Positions 7,870 to 15,285 of a stretch of 15,285 bases of DNA are shown here, piece by piece. This DNA comes from Candidatus Rokuibacteriota bacterium (GTDB lineage Bacteria; Methylomirabilota; Methylomirabilia; Rokubacteriales; DASRDR01). Made by a program: the position numbers and the translations under genes. Every line of letters starts with the position of its first letter. The first letter of the stretch is position 1. Where the stretch lies: positions 1 to 15,285 of the forward strand of contig JBIOTN010000168.1 of the NCBI GenBank assembly GCA_044866005.1, in the 5' to 3' direction. The notes under the pieces are model-generated. The model was not told where the DNA came from. It saw nothing but the letters and a program-made list of their open reading frames with translations, and did not search any database.

Positions 7870-8856
7870 ATGAGCGGTCGGAGCGCGCGGCGACGCCGCC
7901 TGGCGGTTCTGCTGACCCTGACGCTGTCCCCGGTGCTGCTCGGCCCGGGGGCCGCGTGGGCGGCGTTCCCGGAGCGACCCATCGAGTTCACCGTGCCCTT
8001 CGCCGCAGGCGGCGGGAGCGACATCATGGCCCGGACGATCGCCGCCATCGTCGAGCAGGAGAAGCTCCTGCCGCAGCCGCTCGTGGTCGTGAACCGGCCC
8101 GGCGCCTCCGGCGTGCTCGGGTACATGCACGTGGGCCAGAAGACCGGCGACCCCTACGCCCTGACCACCGCCACCTCGTCCTTCATCATCCAGCCGCTCC
8201 TCGGCAAGATGAAGCTCTCGCACCGCGACTACACGCTCGTCGCCGGCCTCGCCCTCGACGAGTTCGTCATCGTCGTCCCCGCCGCCTCCCCGTACCGGAC
8301 GGTCGGCGACCTGATCGAGGCGGCCCGGCGGGCGCCGAAGCAGGTGAAGGTCGGCGGCACGAGCGTCCCGAGCATCGACTCGATCATCACCCACCTGCTG
8401 GAGCGGGCGACCGGCGTCCAGCTCAACTTCATCGCCTTCAAGAGCGGGGGCGAGGTGATGACCAACCTGCTGGGCGGCCACATCGACGTCGCCTCCGCGA
8501 ACCCCGGGGAGGCGCTCACCCAGATCCAGGCCGGGAAGGCGCGGGTGCTGGCGGCGGCGAGCGAGAAGCGGCTCGCGCTCCTGCCCGACGTCCCGACGCT
8601 CCGCGAGACCGGCATCGACGTGGTGGTGAACCAGTGGCGCGGGGTCGCGGCGCCCAAGGGGATCCCGAAGGACGCCGAGACGGCGCTCGTCTCCGCCTTC
8701 AAGCGGCTGTCTCAGTCGAAGGCGTGGCAGGAGAAGTATCTGCGGGAGAACGCGCTGACGCCGTACTACCTGGCGCCCGCCGAGTTCGCCCGCTATCTCG
8801 ATGCCGAGGCGGAGCGGATAGGGCGGATCCTGCGCGAGATGGACGTCATCAAATAG
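7870..8856 (+). CDS. tctC: Tripartite tricarboxylate transporter substrate-binding protein (TctC/Bug)
   Basis: Signal peptide ending AWA, FPERPIEFTVPFAAGGGSDIMAR, VVNRPGASG, LLGGHID, PDVPTLRETG. AAGGAGG RBS before ATG 7870. Confidence 0.93.
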   Translation: MSGRSARRRRLAVLLTLTLSPVLLGPGAAWAAFPERPIEFTVPFAAGGGSDIMARTIAAIVEQEKLLPQPLVVVNRPGASGVLGYMHVGQKTGDPYALTTATSSFIIQPLLGKMKLSHRDYTLVAGLALDEFVIVVPAASPYRTVGDLIEAARRAPKQVKVGGTSVPSIDSIITHLLERATGVQLNFIAFKSGGEVMTNLLGGHIDVASANPGEALTQIQAGKARVLAAASEKRLALLPDVPTLRETGIDVVVNQWRGVAAPKGIPKDAETALVSAFKRLSQSKAWQEKYLRENALTPYYLAPAEFARYLDAEAERIGRILREMDVIK

Positions 8857-8894
8857 CTCGGGGCCGATCCGCGTCGCAGCTCCATGCTCCGCTC

Positions 8895-9329
8895 GTGAGC
8901 CGGCTCCCCGGCCTGGCCGTCCTGGCCCTCGGCGTCGTCGCCGCCGGGCTCGCGCGGCGGCTTCCGGGCCCGGCGGGGTTCGGCCTCGGGCCGGCGTTCC
9001 TGCCGTTCTGGACCGGCCTCGTCCTGGCCGCCTGTGGCGCGTGGATCGCGGCGCGACCAGCGGCGGTCGCCGACGGTGCGGGGCCGGCGCCGGGCGGCTT
9101 CCGGCGCGCGGCGGGCGCGCTCGCCGTCCTCCTCGCCTACCTGCTCCTGCTGGAGCCGCTCGGCTACCTCGCGGCCACGGCCGCCTTCCTCGTCGGCGCG
9201 GTCTGGCTGCTCGATCCCCGCCGTCCGGGCCGCGCCGCGGCCGTCGGCCTCGGCGGGGCCGCCTTCCTCCTGCTCGTCTTCCGGGTCTGGCTCCGGGTCC
9301 CCCTCCCCCGGGGCCTGCTCGACTGGTAG
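8895..9329 (+). CDS. tctB: Tripartite tricarboxylate transporter small membrane subunit TctB
   Basis: About 4-5 hydrophobic segments, GLGPAFLP, YLLLLEPLGYLAAT, C-terminal FRVWLRVPLPRG; lies between tctC and tctA. GTG 8895 is the inferred start and has no clear RBS. Confidence 0.85.
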   Translation: MSRLPGLAVLALGVVAAGLARRLPGPAGFGLGPAFLPFWTGLVLAACGAWIAARPAAVADGAGPAPGGFRRAAGALAVLLAYLLLLEPLGYLAATAAFLVGAVWLLDPRRPGRAAAVGLGGAAFLLLVFRVWLRVPLPRGLLDW

Positions 9330-9350
9330 CCGGGCCCGACGGGCCGCTCG

Positions 9351-10865
9351 ATGGACGTCGGCGCCGGCCTCCTCGCGGGCTTCGCGGTCGCGCTCCAGCC
9401 GGGGAACCTGGGCTACTGCTTCCTCGGCGTCTTCGCGGGGACGCTCATCGGCGTGCTTCCGGGCATCGGTCCCGTCGCCGGGGTGGCGATGCTGGTCCCG
9501 CTCTCCTTCGGCATGAGCGCGACGACCGCGATGATCCTGATGGCCGGCGTCTACTACGGCGCCATGTACGGCGGCTCGACCACCTCCATCCTCGTCAACC
9601 TGCCCGGGGAGTCGGCCTCGGTCGTGACCTGTCTCGACGGCTACGCCCTCGCCCGCCAGGGGCGGGCCGGCGCCGCGCTCGGGATGGCGGCGTTCGCCTC
9701 GTTCATCGCCGGCACGCTCGGGGTCGTGGGCCTCATGCTCCTGGCCCGGCCGGTCGCGGCGCTGGCGCTTCGCTTCGGCCCGCCCGAGACCCTCGCGCTC
9801 ACGTTCCTCGCGCTCACCCTCGTCACCGGGCTCGTCGGGGCCTCGCCGGCGAAGGGGATCGCCGCGGCCGCCTTCGGGATGCTCCTCGGCATGGTGGGGC
9901 TCGATCCCATGTCGTCGGAGGAGCGCTTCACCTTCGGCGCGCTCCACCTGGCGGACGGGCTGTCGTTCGTGAGCGTGTCGGTCGGGCTGTTCGCCGTGGC
10001 CGAGGTCCTGGAGAGCGTGGAGCGCGAGGTGCGGCTCGCCCCGGGCCAGGCCCGGATCTCGGGCCTCCTGCCGACCGCGGCCGACTGGCTGGCCTCGCGG
10101 GGGGCGCTCTGGCGCGGCTCGGTGATCGGGTTCCTGGTGGGCGTGCTGCCGGGGGCCGGCGCCACCATCGCCTCGATGCTCGCCTACGCCCTGGAGCGCC
10201 GCGTGTCGCGACACCCGGAGCGGTTCGGCCACGGCGCGATCGAGGGCGTGGCCGCCCCCGAAGGCGCGAACAACGCGGCCACGGCGGGGGCGCTCGTGCC
10301 GCTCCTCACCCTCGGGATCCCCGGGTCCGGGACGACGGCCGTCATGCTCGGCGCCCTCATGATTCACGGGCTCCGGCCCGGGCCGCTCCTCTTCGAGCAG
10401 CACCCCGAGTTCGTGTGGGGCGTCATCGCCAGCATGTACGTCGGCAACGTCCTGCTCCTGGTCCTGAACCTGCCGCTCGTGGGCCTCTGGGCGCGACTCC
10501 TCCGCGTGCCGCCGAGCGTGCTGTTGCCGCTCATCGTCGCCTTCTCGGTCACGGGGGTCTTCGCGGTCAGCAACAGCGTGACCGAGGTCGCGGTCATGCT
10601 GGTCTTCGGCGCGGTCGGCTATGCGATGCGCAAGGGCGGGTTCCCGGCGGCGCCGGTCGTCCTGGCGCTCGTGCTGACGCCGCTCATGGAGACGGCGCTC
10701 CAGCAGTCGCTCCAGATGTCGCACGGCTCGTTCGCGATCTTCTTCACGCGGCCGATCGCGGCGGTGCTCGTCGTGGTCGGCCTCCTCTCGCTGGCGCTGC
10801 CCGGCATCCGGGGCGTGGCGCGCTGGCTCCACCCGCCCGCCGCGGGCGCGTCCCCCGGCCCGTAG
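9351..10865 (+). CDS. tctA: Tripartite tricarboxylate transporter large permease TctA
   Basis: GTLIGVLPGIGP, YYGAMYGGSTTSILVNLPGE, EGVAAPEGANNA, LTLGIPGS, GLRPGPLLF. Confidence 0.95.
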   Translation: MDVGAGLLAGFAVALQPGNLGYCFLGVFAGTLIGVLPGIGPVAGVAMLVPLSFGMSATTAMILMAGVYYGAMYGGSTTSILVNLPGESASVVTCLDGYALARQGRAGAALGMAAFASFIAGTLGVVGLMLLARPVAALALRFGPPETLALTFLALTLVTGLVGASPAKGIAAAAFGMLLGMVGLDPMSSEERFTFGALHLADGLSFVSVSVGLFAVAEVLESVEREVRLAPGQARISGLLPTAADWLASRGALWRGSVIGFLVGVLPGAGATIASMLAYALERRVSRHPERFGHGAIEGVAAPEGANNAATAGALVPLLTLGIPGSGTTAVMLGALMIHGLRPGPLLFEQHPEFVWGVIASMYVGNVLLLVLNLPLVGLWARLLRVPPSVLLPLIVAFSVTGVFAVSNSVTEVAVMLVFGAVGYAMRKGGFPAAPVVLALVLTPLMETALQQSLQMSHGSFAIFFTRPIAAVLVVVGLLSLALPGIRGVARWLHPPAAGASPGP

Positions 10866-10884
10866 GGGTCCACCCGCGCCCACT

Positions 10885-10900
10885 CCCCCAGATCTTGGGG
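10885..10900. promoter_or_regulatory. 16-bp near-perfect palindrome (NrdR-box-like, or weak terminator hairpin of the tct operon)
   Basis: CCCCCAGATCTTGGGG has 7 of 8 positions paired and contains the C-n-A-n-A-T-n-T-n-G core. It abuts the candidate -35. Confidence 0.35.
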
Positions 10901-10930
10901 TTGCGAGACTACACAACTCCTGTTTAGTAT
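10901..10930 (+). promoter_or_regulatory. sigma70-type promoter of imuA-imuB-dnaE2 with overlapping palindromic operator (candidate LexA box)
   Basis: TTGCGA, 18 nt, TAGTAT within an AT-rich patch. The inverted repeat ACTACACA-N5-TGTTTAGT (10908-10928) covers the spacer and the -10. Confidence 0.55.
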
Positions 10931-10991
10931 ACCGGTCGAGGCTGCACTGCACCGCGGCCCCGACACGAGAGAGTCCCGGGACCCACAGGAC

Positions 10992-11777
10992 ATGGCCGGC
11001 GTGCCCCGATCCGAGCTTGCCGCGCTCCACCAGGAGCTCCGCAGCCTGCCCGCGGTGGCGCCGTTCCTCGTCCGCCCCGGCCTGACGCCCGGGCCCCGGG
11101 CCACGCTCCCCACCGGGCTCGCGTCGCTCGACGCCCTGCTCGGCGGCGGCTTTCCTCGCGGGCGCGTCTCGGAGGTCGTGGGAGCGCGCGGCTCGGGGCG
11201 GACGAGCCTGCTCTGCGCCACGCTGGCCGGGGAGACGGCGCGCGGCGGGCTGGCGGCGGTCGTCGATGCGACCGACGCGCTCGATCCCGCCTCGGCCCGG
11301 GCCTTCGGGGTGGAGCTGGGCCGCCTCCTCTGGGTCCGCTGCGGGGGCTCGCTCCGGCGGGCGGTGGAAGCGGCCGACGTCGTCGTCCGCGGCGGGGGCT
11401 TCGGGCTGGTCCTGGTGGACCTCGGCGATCTGGGCTCCCGGACGCTCGCGCGCGCGCCCGCCGCGACGTTCGTCCGCCTGCAGCGGGCGGTCGAGGGGAC
11501 GTCGACGGCGCTCCTCTTCGCCGGGCTCCGGCGCGTCGCCGGGAGCATGGCCGCCCTCGCGCTGGCGCTCGGCCCGGGCCGGGTGCGCTGGGCCGCCGGG
11601 GGTCCCGGCCTGCCCGTGGGCCTCGCGACCGAGGCCCGCGTGCTCCGCGCGCGCGACCGGGCGCCCGGGGCGTCGGTGGGACTGGCGTGGCGGATCATGG
11701 AGCCTGCAGGCGACGACGCGCGGCGCTCGGCGATTCCTGCCGCGCCCCGTATCCCCGTCGGAGCCGTGGCGAGCTGA
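10992..11777 (+). CDS. imuA: ImuA (RecA-like mutasome protein)
   Basis: LPTGLASLDALLGGGFPRGRVSEVVG, variant Walker A GARGSGRT, VDATDALDPASA..GVEL.RLLWVR, Walker B LVLVD; short, and directly upstream of imuB. Confidence 0.88.
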   Translation: MAGVPRSELAALHQELRSLPAVAPFLVRPGLTPGPRATLPTGLASLDALLGGGFPRGRVSEVVGARGSGRTSLLCATLAGETARGGLAAVVDATDALDPASARAFGVELGRLLWVRCGGSLRRAVEAADVVVRGGGFGLVLVDLGDLGSRTLARAPAATFVRLQRAVEGTSTALLFAGLRRVAGSMAALALALGPGRVRWAAGGPGLPVGLATEARVLRARDRAPGASVGLAWRIMEPAGDDARRSAIPAAPRIPVGAVAS

Positions 11778-11779
11778 GC

Positions 11780-13267
11780 ATGGCTCGCTACGCGTGTCTG
11801 TGGGTCCCCCACTTCGCCGCGGCCGCGCTCGTGCGCCGGGCGCCGCGACTCCGCGGCCAGCCCGTCGCCGCGCTCGTCGGGACGCCGGCGACGCGGACGG
11901 TCCTCGAGGTCAGCGCGGAGGCCTGGGCGGCGGGCGTGCGCCCCGGCATGAGCGCCGGCGAGGCCGCGACCCGCGCCGCGGGCCTCGCCGGCCTCGAGCG
12001 CGACCCGGATGCCGAGCGCTCCGCCGCCGGCGCGCTCCTCGACGTGGCCGCCGCCACCTCCCCGCGGCTCGAGGCCGCGGCGCCCGACCGCGTCTGCCTC
12101 GAGCTCGACGGCCTGGCCGGGCTCTTCGGTGACGAGACGCGGATCGGCGAGCGCCTGGCGCTCGGCGGGGCGAGCGTGGAGCTGCCGGCGCGGGTCGGGA
12201 TCGCCGGGAGCCGCACGGCGGCGGAGCTCGCGGCGCGGGCACGGGGTGGCGTGACCGTCGTCGCGCCGGCCGAGACGGCCGCCTTCCTCGCCCCGCTGCC
12301 GATCGGGCTCACCGCGCCGCCGCCCGACCTCGCGGCGTGCCTCGAGCGCTGGGGGATCCGGACGCTCGGCGAGCTGGCGGCGCTGCCGACGGCGGCCCTC
12401 CTCGGCCGGCTCGGGATGCCGGGCGTCCGCCTCGCGGCCCGGGCGCGGGGCGAGGACGGGGAGCCGTTCGTCGCCTGGAGCGCGCCGGAGCCGGTGGTCG
12501 AGGCCCTCACGCTCGACTGGGAGGTCGCCGAGCTCGAGGCGCTCGTCTTCGTCGCGCGCCCGCTCCTCGAGCGGCTCTGCGCGCGGCTGGCCGTGCGCGA
12601 GCTCGGGGCGACCGCGCTCGGCCTCCAGGCCGGCCTGGCCGACGGCGGCGTCCACCGGCGGCGGTTGCCGCTCGTCGCCCCGCTCCGCGAGCCCCAGACG
12701 CTCCTCGGCCTCCTGCGCGCGGACCTGGACGGCCTCACGCTCCCGGCGCCGGTCGTCTCGCTCGCCATCGAGGCCGAGACGGCGCCGCTCCACCCCGTCC
12801 AGCCCGATCTCTTCGAGCCCCGCCGCCCGAGTCCGCACGAGCTGGCGCAGACGCTCGGGCGGCTCGTCGCGCTCGTCGGCCGGGAGAACGTCGGCGCGCC
12901 CGCCCTCGGCGACACGCACCGCCCGACGGCGATCGGGCTCCGGCCCTTCGGCGAGACGGCCGCGCGCCGGGCCGCCGCCGCCGCGCTCGCGTTCGCGGAC
13001 GCCGCCAGGCTGGCCTGCCGCCGGTTCAGCCCGGCGCGGCCCGCGGCCGTCGTGACGGCGGCCGACCGGCCGGCCGCGGTCGAGGCGGCCGGCGTGCGGG
13101 GGGCGGTGGTCGCGTGCGCGGGACCCTGGCGGACGGCCGGCGAGTGGTGGGCCGAGACCGCGTGGTCGCGCGAGGAGTGGGACGTGGCGCTCACGGACGG
13201 GGCGGTCTACCGCCTCGTCCTCGACCGGGCGGCGGGCGCCTGGACCGTCGATGCCGTCTATGACTGA
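11780..13267 (+). CDS. imuB: ImuB, catalytically inactive Y-family polymerase homolog (495 aa)
   Basis: GVRPGMS..EA, LERWGIRTLGEL, beta-clamp-like motif QPDLF, ImuB-C tail GPWR..GEWW....SREEWDV.....VYRL......W......YD. Catalytic acidic motifs are absent. ATG 11780 follows the imuA stop by 2 nt. Confidence 0.92.
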   Translation: MARYACLWVPHFAAAALVRRAPRLRGQPVAALVGTPATRTVLEVSAEAWAAGVRPGMSAGEAATRAAGLAGLERDPDAERSAAGALLDVAAATSPRLEAAAPDRVCLELDGLAGLFGDETRIGERLALGGASVELPARVGIAGSRTAAELAARARGGVTVVAPAETAAFLAPLPIGLTAPPPDLAACLERWGIRTLGELAALPTAALLGRLGMPGVRLAARARGEDGEPFVAWSAPEPVVEALTLDWEVAELEALVFVARPLLERLCARLAVRELGATALGLQAGLADGGVHRRRLPLVAPLREPQTLLGLLRADLDGLTLPAPVVSLAIEAETAPLHPVQPDLFEPRRPSPHELAQTLGRLVALVGRENVGAPALGDTHRPTAIGLRPFGETAARRAAAAALAFADAARLACRRFSPARPAAVVTAADRPAAVEAAGVRGAVVACAGPWRTAGEWWAETAWSREEWDVALTDGAVYRLVLDRAAGAWTVDAVYD

Positions 13268-13309
13268 TCGCGTGACGGGTCAGGCGATCTGGGAGGCCCT
13301 CGGCCACCG

Positions 13310-13864
13310 ATGGGGCGCGCAGCCGTGACGACGCTCGCGCAGGCCGAGGAGATCGCGCAGCGGATTCTTGTGGTCCGAGGCCAGAAGGTGATGCTCGATC
13401 GTGATCTGGCCCGGCTCTACGGCGTAGAGACCAAGGCGCTCAACCGCGCCGTAAAACGAAACCGGGAGCGGGTTCCCGGCGACTTCATGCTCCAGCTGAC
13501 CCCAGACGAGGCCGACAACTTGAGGTACCAAGATGGCACCTCGAGCTCGAGGTTACGACTTGGCACATCAAGTGGATGGGGCGGTCGTCGCTACCGCCCG
13601 TACGTATTCAGCGAGCAGGGCGTCGCCATGCTCTCCAGCGTCCTCCGCAGCCGGCGCGCGGTGCTCGTCAACATCGAGATCATGCGAGCCTTCGTGCAAC
13701 TCCGCTCCATGGCCGCCTCCTTCAAGGAGCTGGCGGGAAAGCTCGACGCGCTCGAGAAGAAGTACGACGCCCAGTTCAAGGCCGTCTTCGACGCCATCCG
13801 ACGGCTGATGGCGCCGCCGCCCGCCGCGATGAAGCGTCGCATCGGCTTTATCAAGGAATCATGA
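13310..13864 (+). CDS. ORF6N (KilA-N-related) domain DNA-binding protein
   Basis: [79 protein letters not shown]-terminal coiled coil ending RRIGF. Alternative start at GTG 13325. Confidence 0.92.
   Translation: MGRAAVTTLAQAEEIAQRILVVRGQKVMLDRDLARLYGVETKALNRAVKRNRERVPGDFMLQLTPDEADNLRYQDGTSSSRLRLGTSSGWGGRRYRPYVFSEQGVAMLSSVLRSRRAVLVNIEIMRAFVQLRSMAASFKELAGKLDALEKKYDAQFKAVFDAIRRLMAPPPAAMKRRIGFIKES
13518..13573. repeat. In-frame 56-bp imperfect palindrome made of two 27-bp degenerate tandem copies
   Basis: TTGAGGTACCAAGATGGCACCTCGAGC and TCGAGGTTACGACTTGGCACATCAAGT are 18/27 identical. Perfect central palindrome ACCTCGAGCTCGAGGT (13538-13553); outer arms 13/15 complementary. Confidence 0.8.
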
Positions 13865-14229
13865 GTCTCTTGACCGGGGTCACCGAATCGCGTCGGCACA
13901 CCGGGCGTGCGCGCGCCGCGCGGGTCTGCGGGCGGTCGTCTCCGAAGTTCGGAGCCTGACCCGCCCAATCCTCGGCTTATCGATGGCGAAGAGGAACGGT
14001 TCCTGCAGCTCATCGAGGTCAACAGATGATGACGGGATCGAGTGAGGGCCATGGCCGGCCGGGGGAAACCAAAGCGCCGGCGGAAAGGAGGGGAACCGCG
14101 CACGGAAACGCGTACGACCCGGATGGTACTCGGGCCAAGGTGTGCATGGGTGGCGACAGGACGTGACCGGAACGGTACGGGACCCGCGCCGCGGCGGGCC
14201 GCGGCCCTGAGGCGGTGATCGGCGCGTCG

Positions 14230-15285
14230 ATGGCGGGCTACGTCGAGCTCCACGCGGCGAGCGCGATGAGCTTCCTCGAGGCCGCCGCGCAGCCCGAGCG
14301 GCTCGCCGAGCAGGCGGCGGCGCTCGGCTACCCGGCGCTCGCGCTCCTCGACGCGGACGGCGTCTACGCGGCGCCGCGCTTCTATCGCGCGGCGACCGAG
14401 CTCGGCCTCCGCCCGCTGGTCGGCGCCGAGCTGACGCTGGCCGACGGCACGCGGCTGCCGCTCCTCGTCGAGACGGCGGAGGGCTACCGCGGGCTCTGCC
14501 GGCTCCTCACGCGGGTGAAGGCGCGCGCGCCGAAGGGCCAGGCGCGCGCGACGCTCGACGACCTCGACGGCGCGGGCGCGGGGCTCCTGTGCCTGACCGG
14601 CGGCGCGGACGGCCCGCTGACCCCCGATCTCCTGGCGGGGCGCCGGGCGGTGGCCCGGGCGACGCTCGCGCGGCTCGTCCGGAGCTTCGGCCGGGACCGG
14701 GTCTACGTGGAGCTCCAGCGACACGGCACGCGCGAGAGCGAGCTCGTCACCCGCCGCGCCGTGACCCTCGCGCGCGCGGCGGGGTTGCCCATCGTGGCCA
14801 CCACCGGCGTCCGTCATGCCACGCCGGGCGAGCGCCCGATCCTCGACGTCCTGACGGCCATCCGGCTCCACACGCCGCTGGAAGTCCTCGGCCGGCGCCT
14901 TTCGCCGAACGCCGAGCCACACCTCCGGGCCCCGGCCGAGATGGCCCGGCGCTTCGCCGATCTCCCGGCCGCCGTGGCCGCGACCAGGGAGGTCGCCGCC
15001 CGCTGCGCCTTCACGCTCGAGGACCTCGGCTACCGCTTTCCCGCCTACCCGGTCCCCGCCGGGCGCCCTCAGATTGCCTACCTCCGCGAGCTCGTCGAGG
15101 CCGGCGCGCGCGAGCGGTACCGCCCCATGACGGTGCGCGTGCGCCAGCAGCTCGCCCGCGAGCTCGCGCTCATCGAGAAACTCGACCTCGCCGGTTACTT
15201 CCTGATCGTCTGGGACATCGTACGGGAGGCGCGCGCCCGCGGGATCCTCGTCCAGGGCCGGGGCTCGGCGGCGAACAGCGCGGTC
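14230..15285 (+). CDS. dnaE2: Error-prone DNA polymerase III alpha subunit DnaE2/ImuC (5' part, truncated by window end)
   Basis: Translated by hand (not in the ORF track): MAGYVELHAASAMSFLE...LGYPALALLDADGVYAAPRF...YVELQRH...ELALIEKLDLAGYFLIVWDIV...QGRGSAANSAV. GRGSAANS is typical of DnaE2; it lies downstream of imuA-imuB. Confidence 0.95.
   Translation, partial: MAGYVELHAASAMSFLEAAAQPERLAEQAAALGYPALALLDADGVYAAPRFYRAATELGLRPLVGAELTLADGTRLPLLVETAEGYRGLCRLLTRVKARAPKGQARATLDDLDGAGAGLLCLTGGADGPLTPDLLAGRRAVARATLARLVRSFGRDRVYVELQRHGTRESELVTRRAVTLARAAGLPIVATTGVRHATPGERPILDVLTAIRLHTPLEVLGRRLSPNAEPHLRAPAEMARRFADLPAAVAATREVAARCAFTLEDLGYRFPAYPVPAGRPQIAYLRELVEAGARERYRPMTVRVRQQLARELALIEKLDLAGYFLIVWDIVREARARGILVQGRGSAANSAV

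Noticed and set aside
10992..11777. Calling this gene recA
   Set aside because: Too short, Walker A Lys replaced by Arg, RecA signature and C-terminal domain missing; the context indicates ImuA.
8793..12919. Long minus ORFs 8793..11030 and 10619..12919
   Set aside because: Antisense to tctB/tctA and imuA/imuB, with no independent protein signature.
13518..13573. CRISPR mini-array interpretation of the 27-bp repeats
   Set aside because: Two degenerate adjacent copies with no spacer, inside a CDS, and no cas genes.
13591..14922. 443-aa minus ORF spanning the insert and dnaE2
   Set aside because: Antisense shadow of dnaE2 and ORF6N with no recognisable domain.

Overview
Very GC-rich bacterial chromosomal DNA; composition and gene content would fit a Rokubacteria/Methylomirabilota-like soil organism, but that is an unverified guess. 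There are four blocks. (1) 56-1297: a hypothetical gene with a Cys-rich tail and an orphan, divergent GvpA/GvpJ-family gene, transcribed divergently from candidate back-to-back sigma54 promoters. (2) 1320-3830: an M1 zinc aminopeptidase with C-terminal HEAT repeats on the minus strand. (3) 3954-10865: a catabolic operon of a gamma-glutamyltransferase-family Ntn hydrolase, two MR/MLE enolase-superfamily proteins with non-canonical active-site residues, and a tripartite tricarboxylate transporter (tctC-tctB-tctA). (4) 10885-15285: an SOS mutagenesis cassette imuA-imuB-dnaE2 (dnaE2 runs off the window) behind a promoter carrying two palindromes. The cassette is interrupted between imuB and dnaE2 by a ~950-bp, more AT-rich segment encoding an ORF6N DNA-binding protein, whose gene contains a 56-bp in-frame nested palindrome/tandem repeat. 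Most long ORFs in the supplied track are antisense or off-frame shadows.
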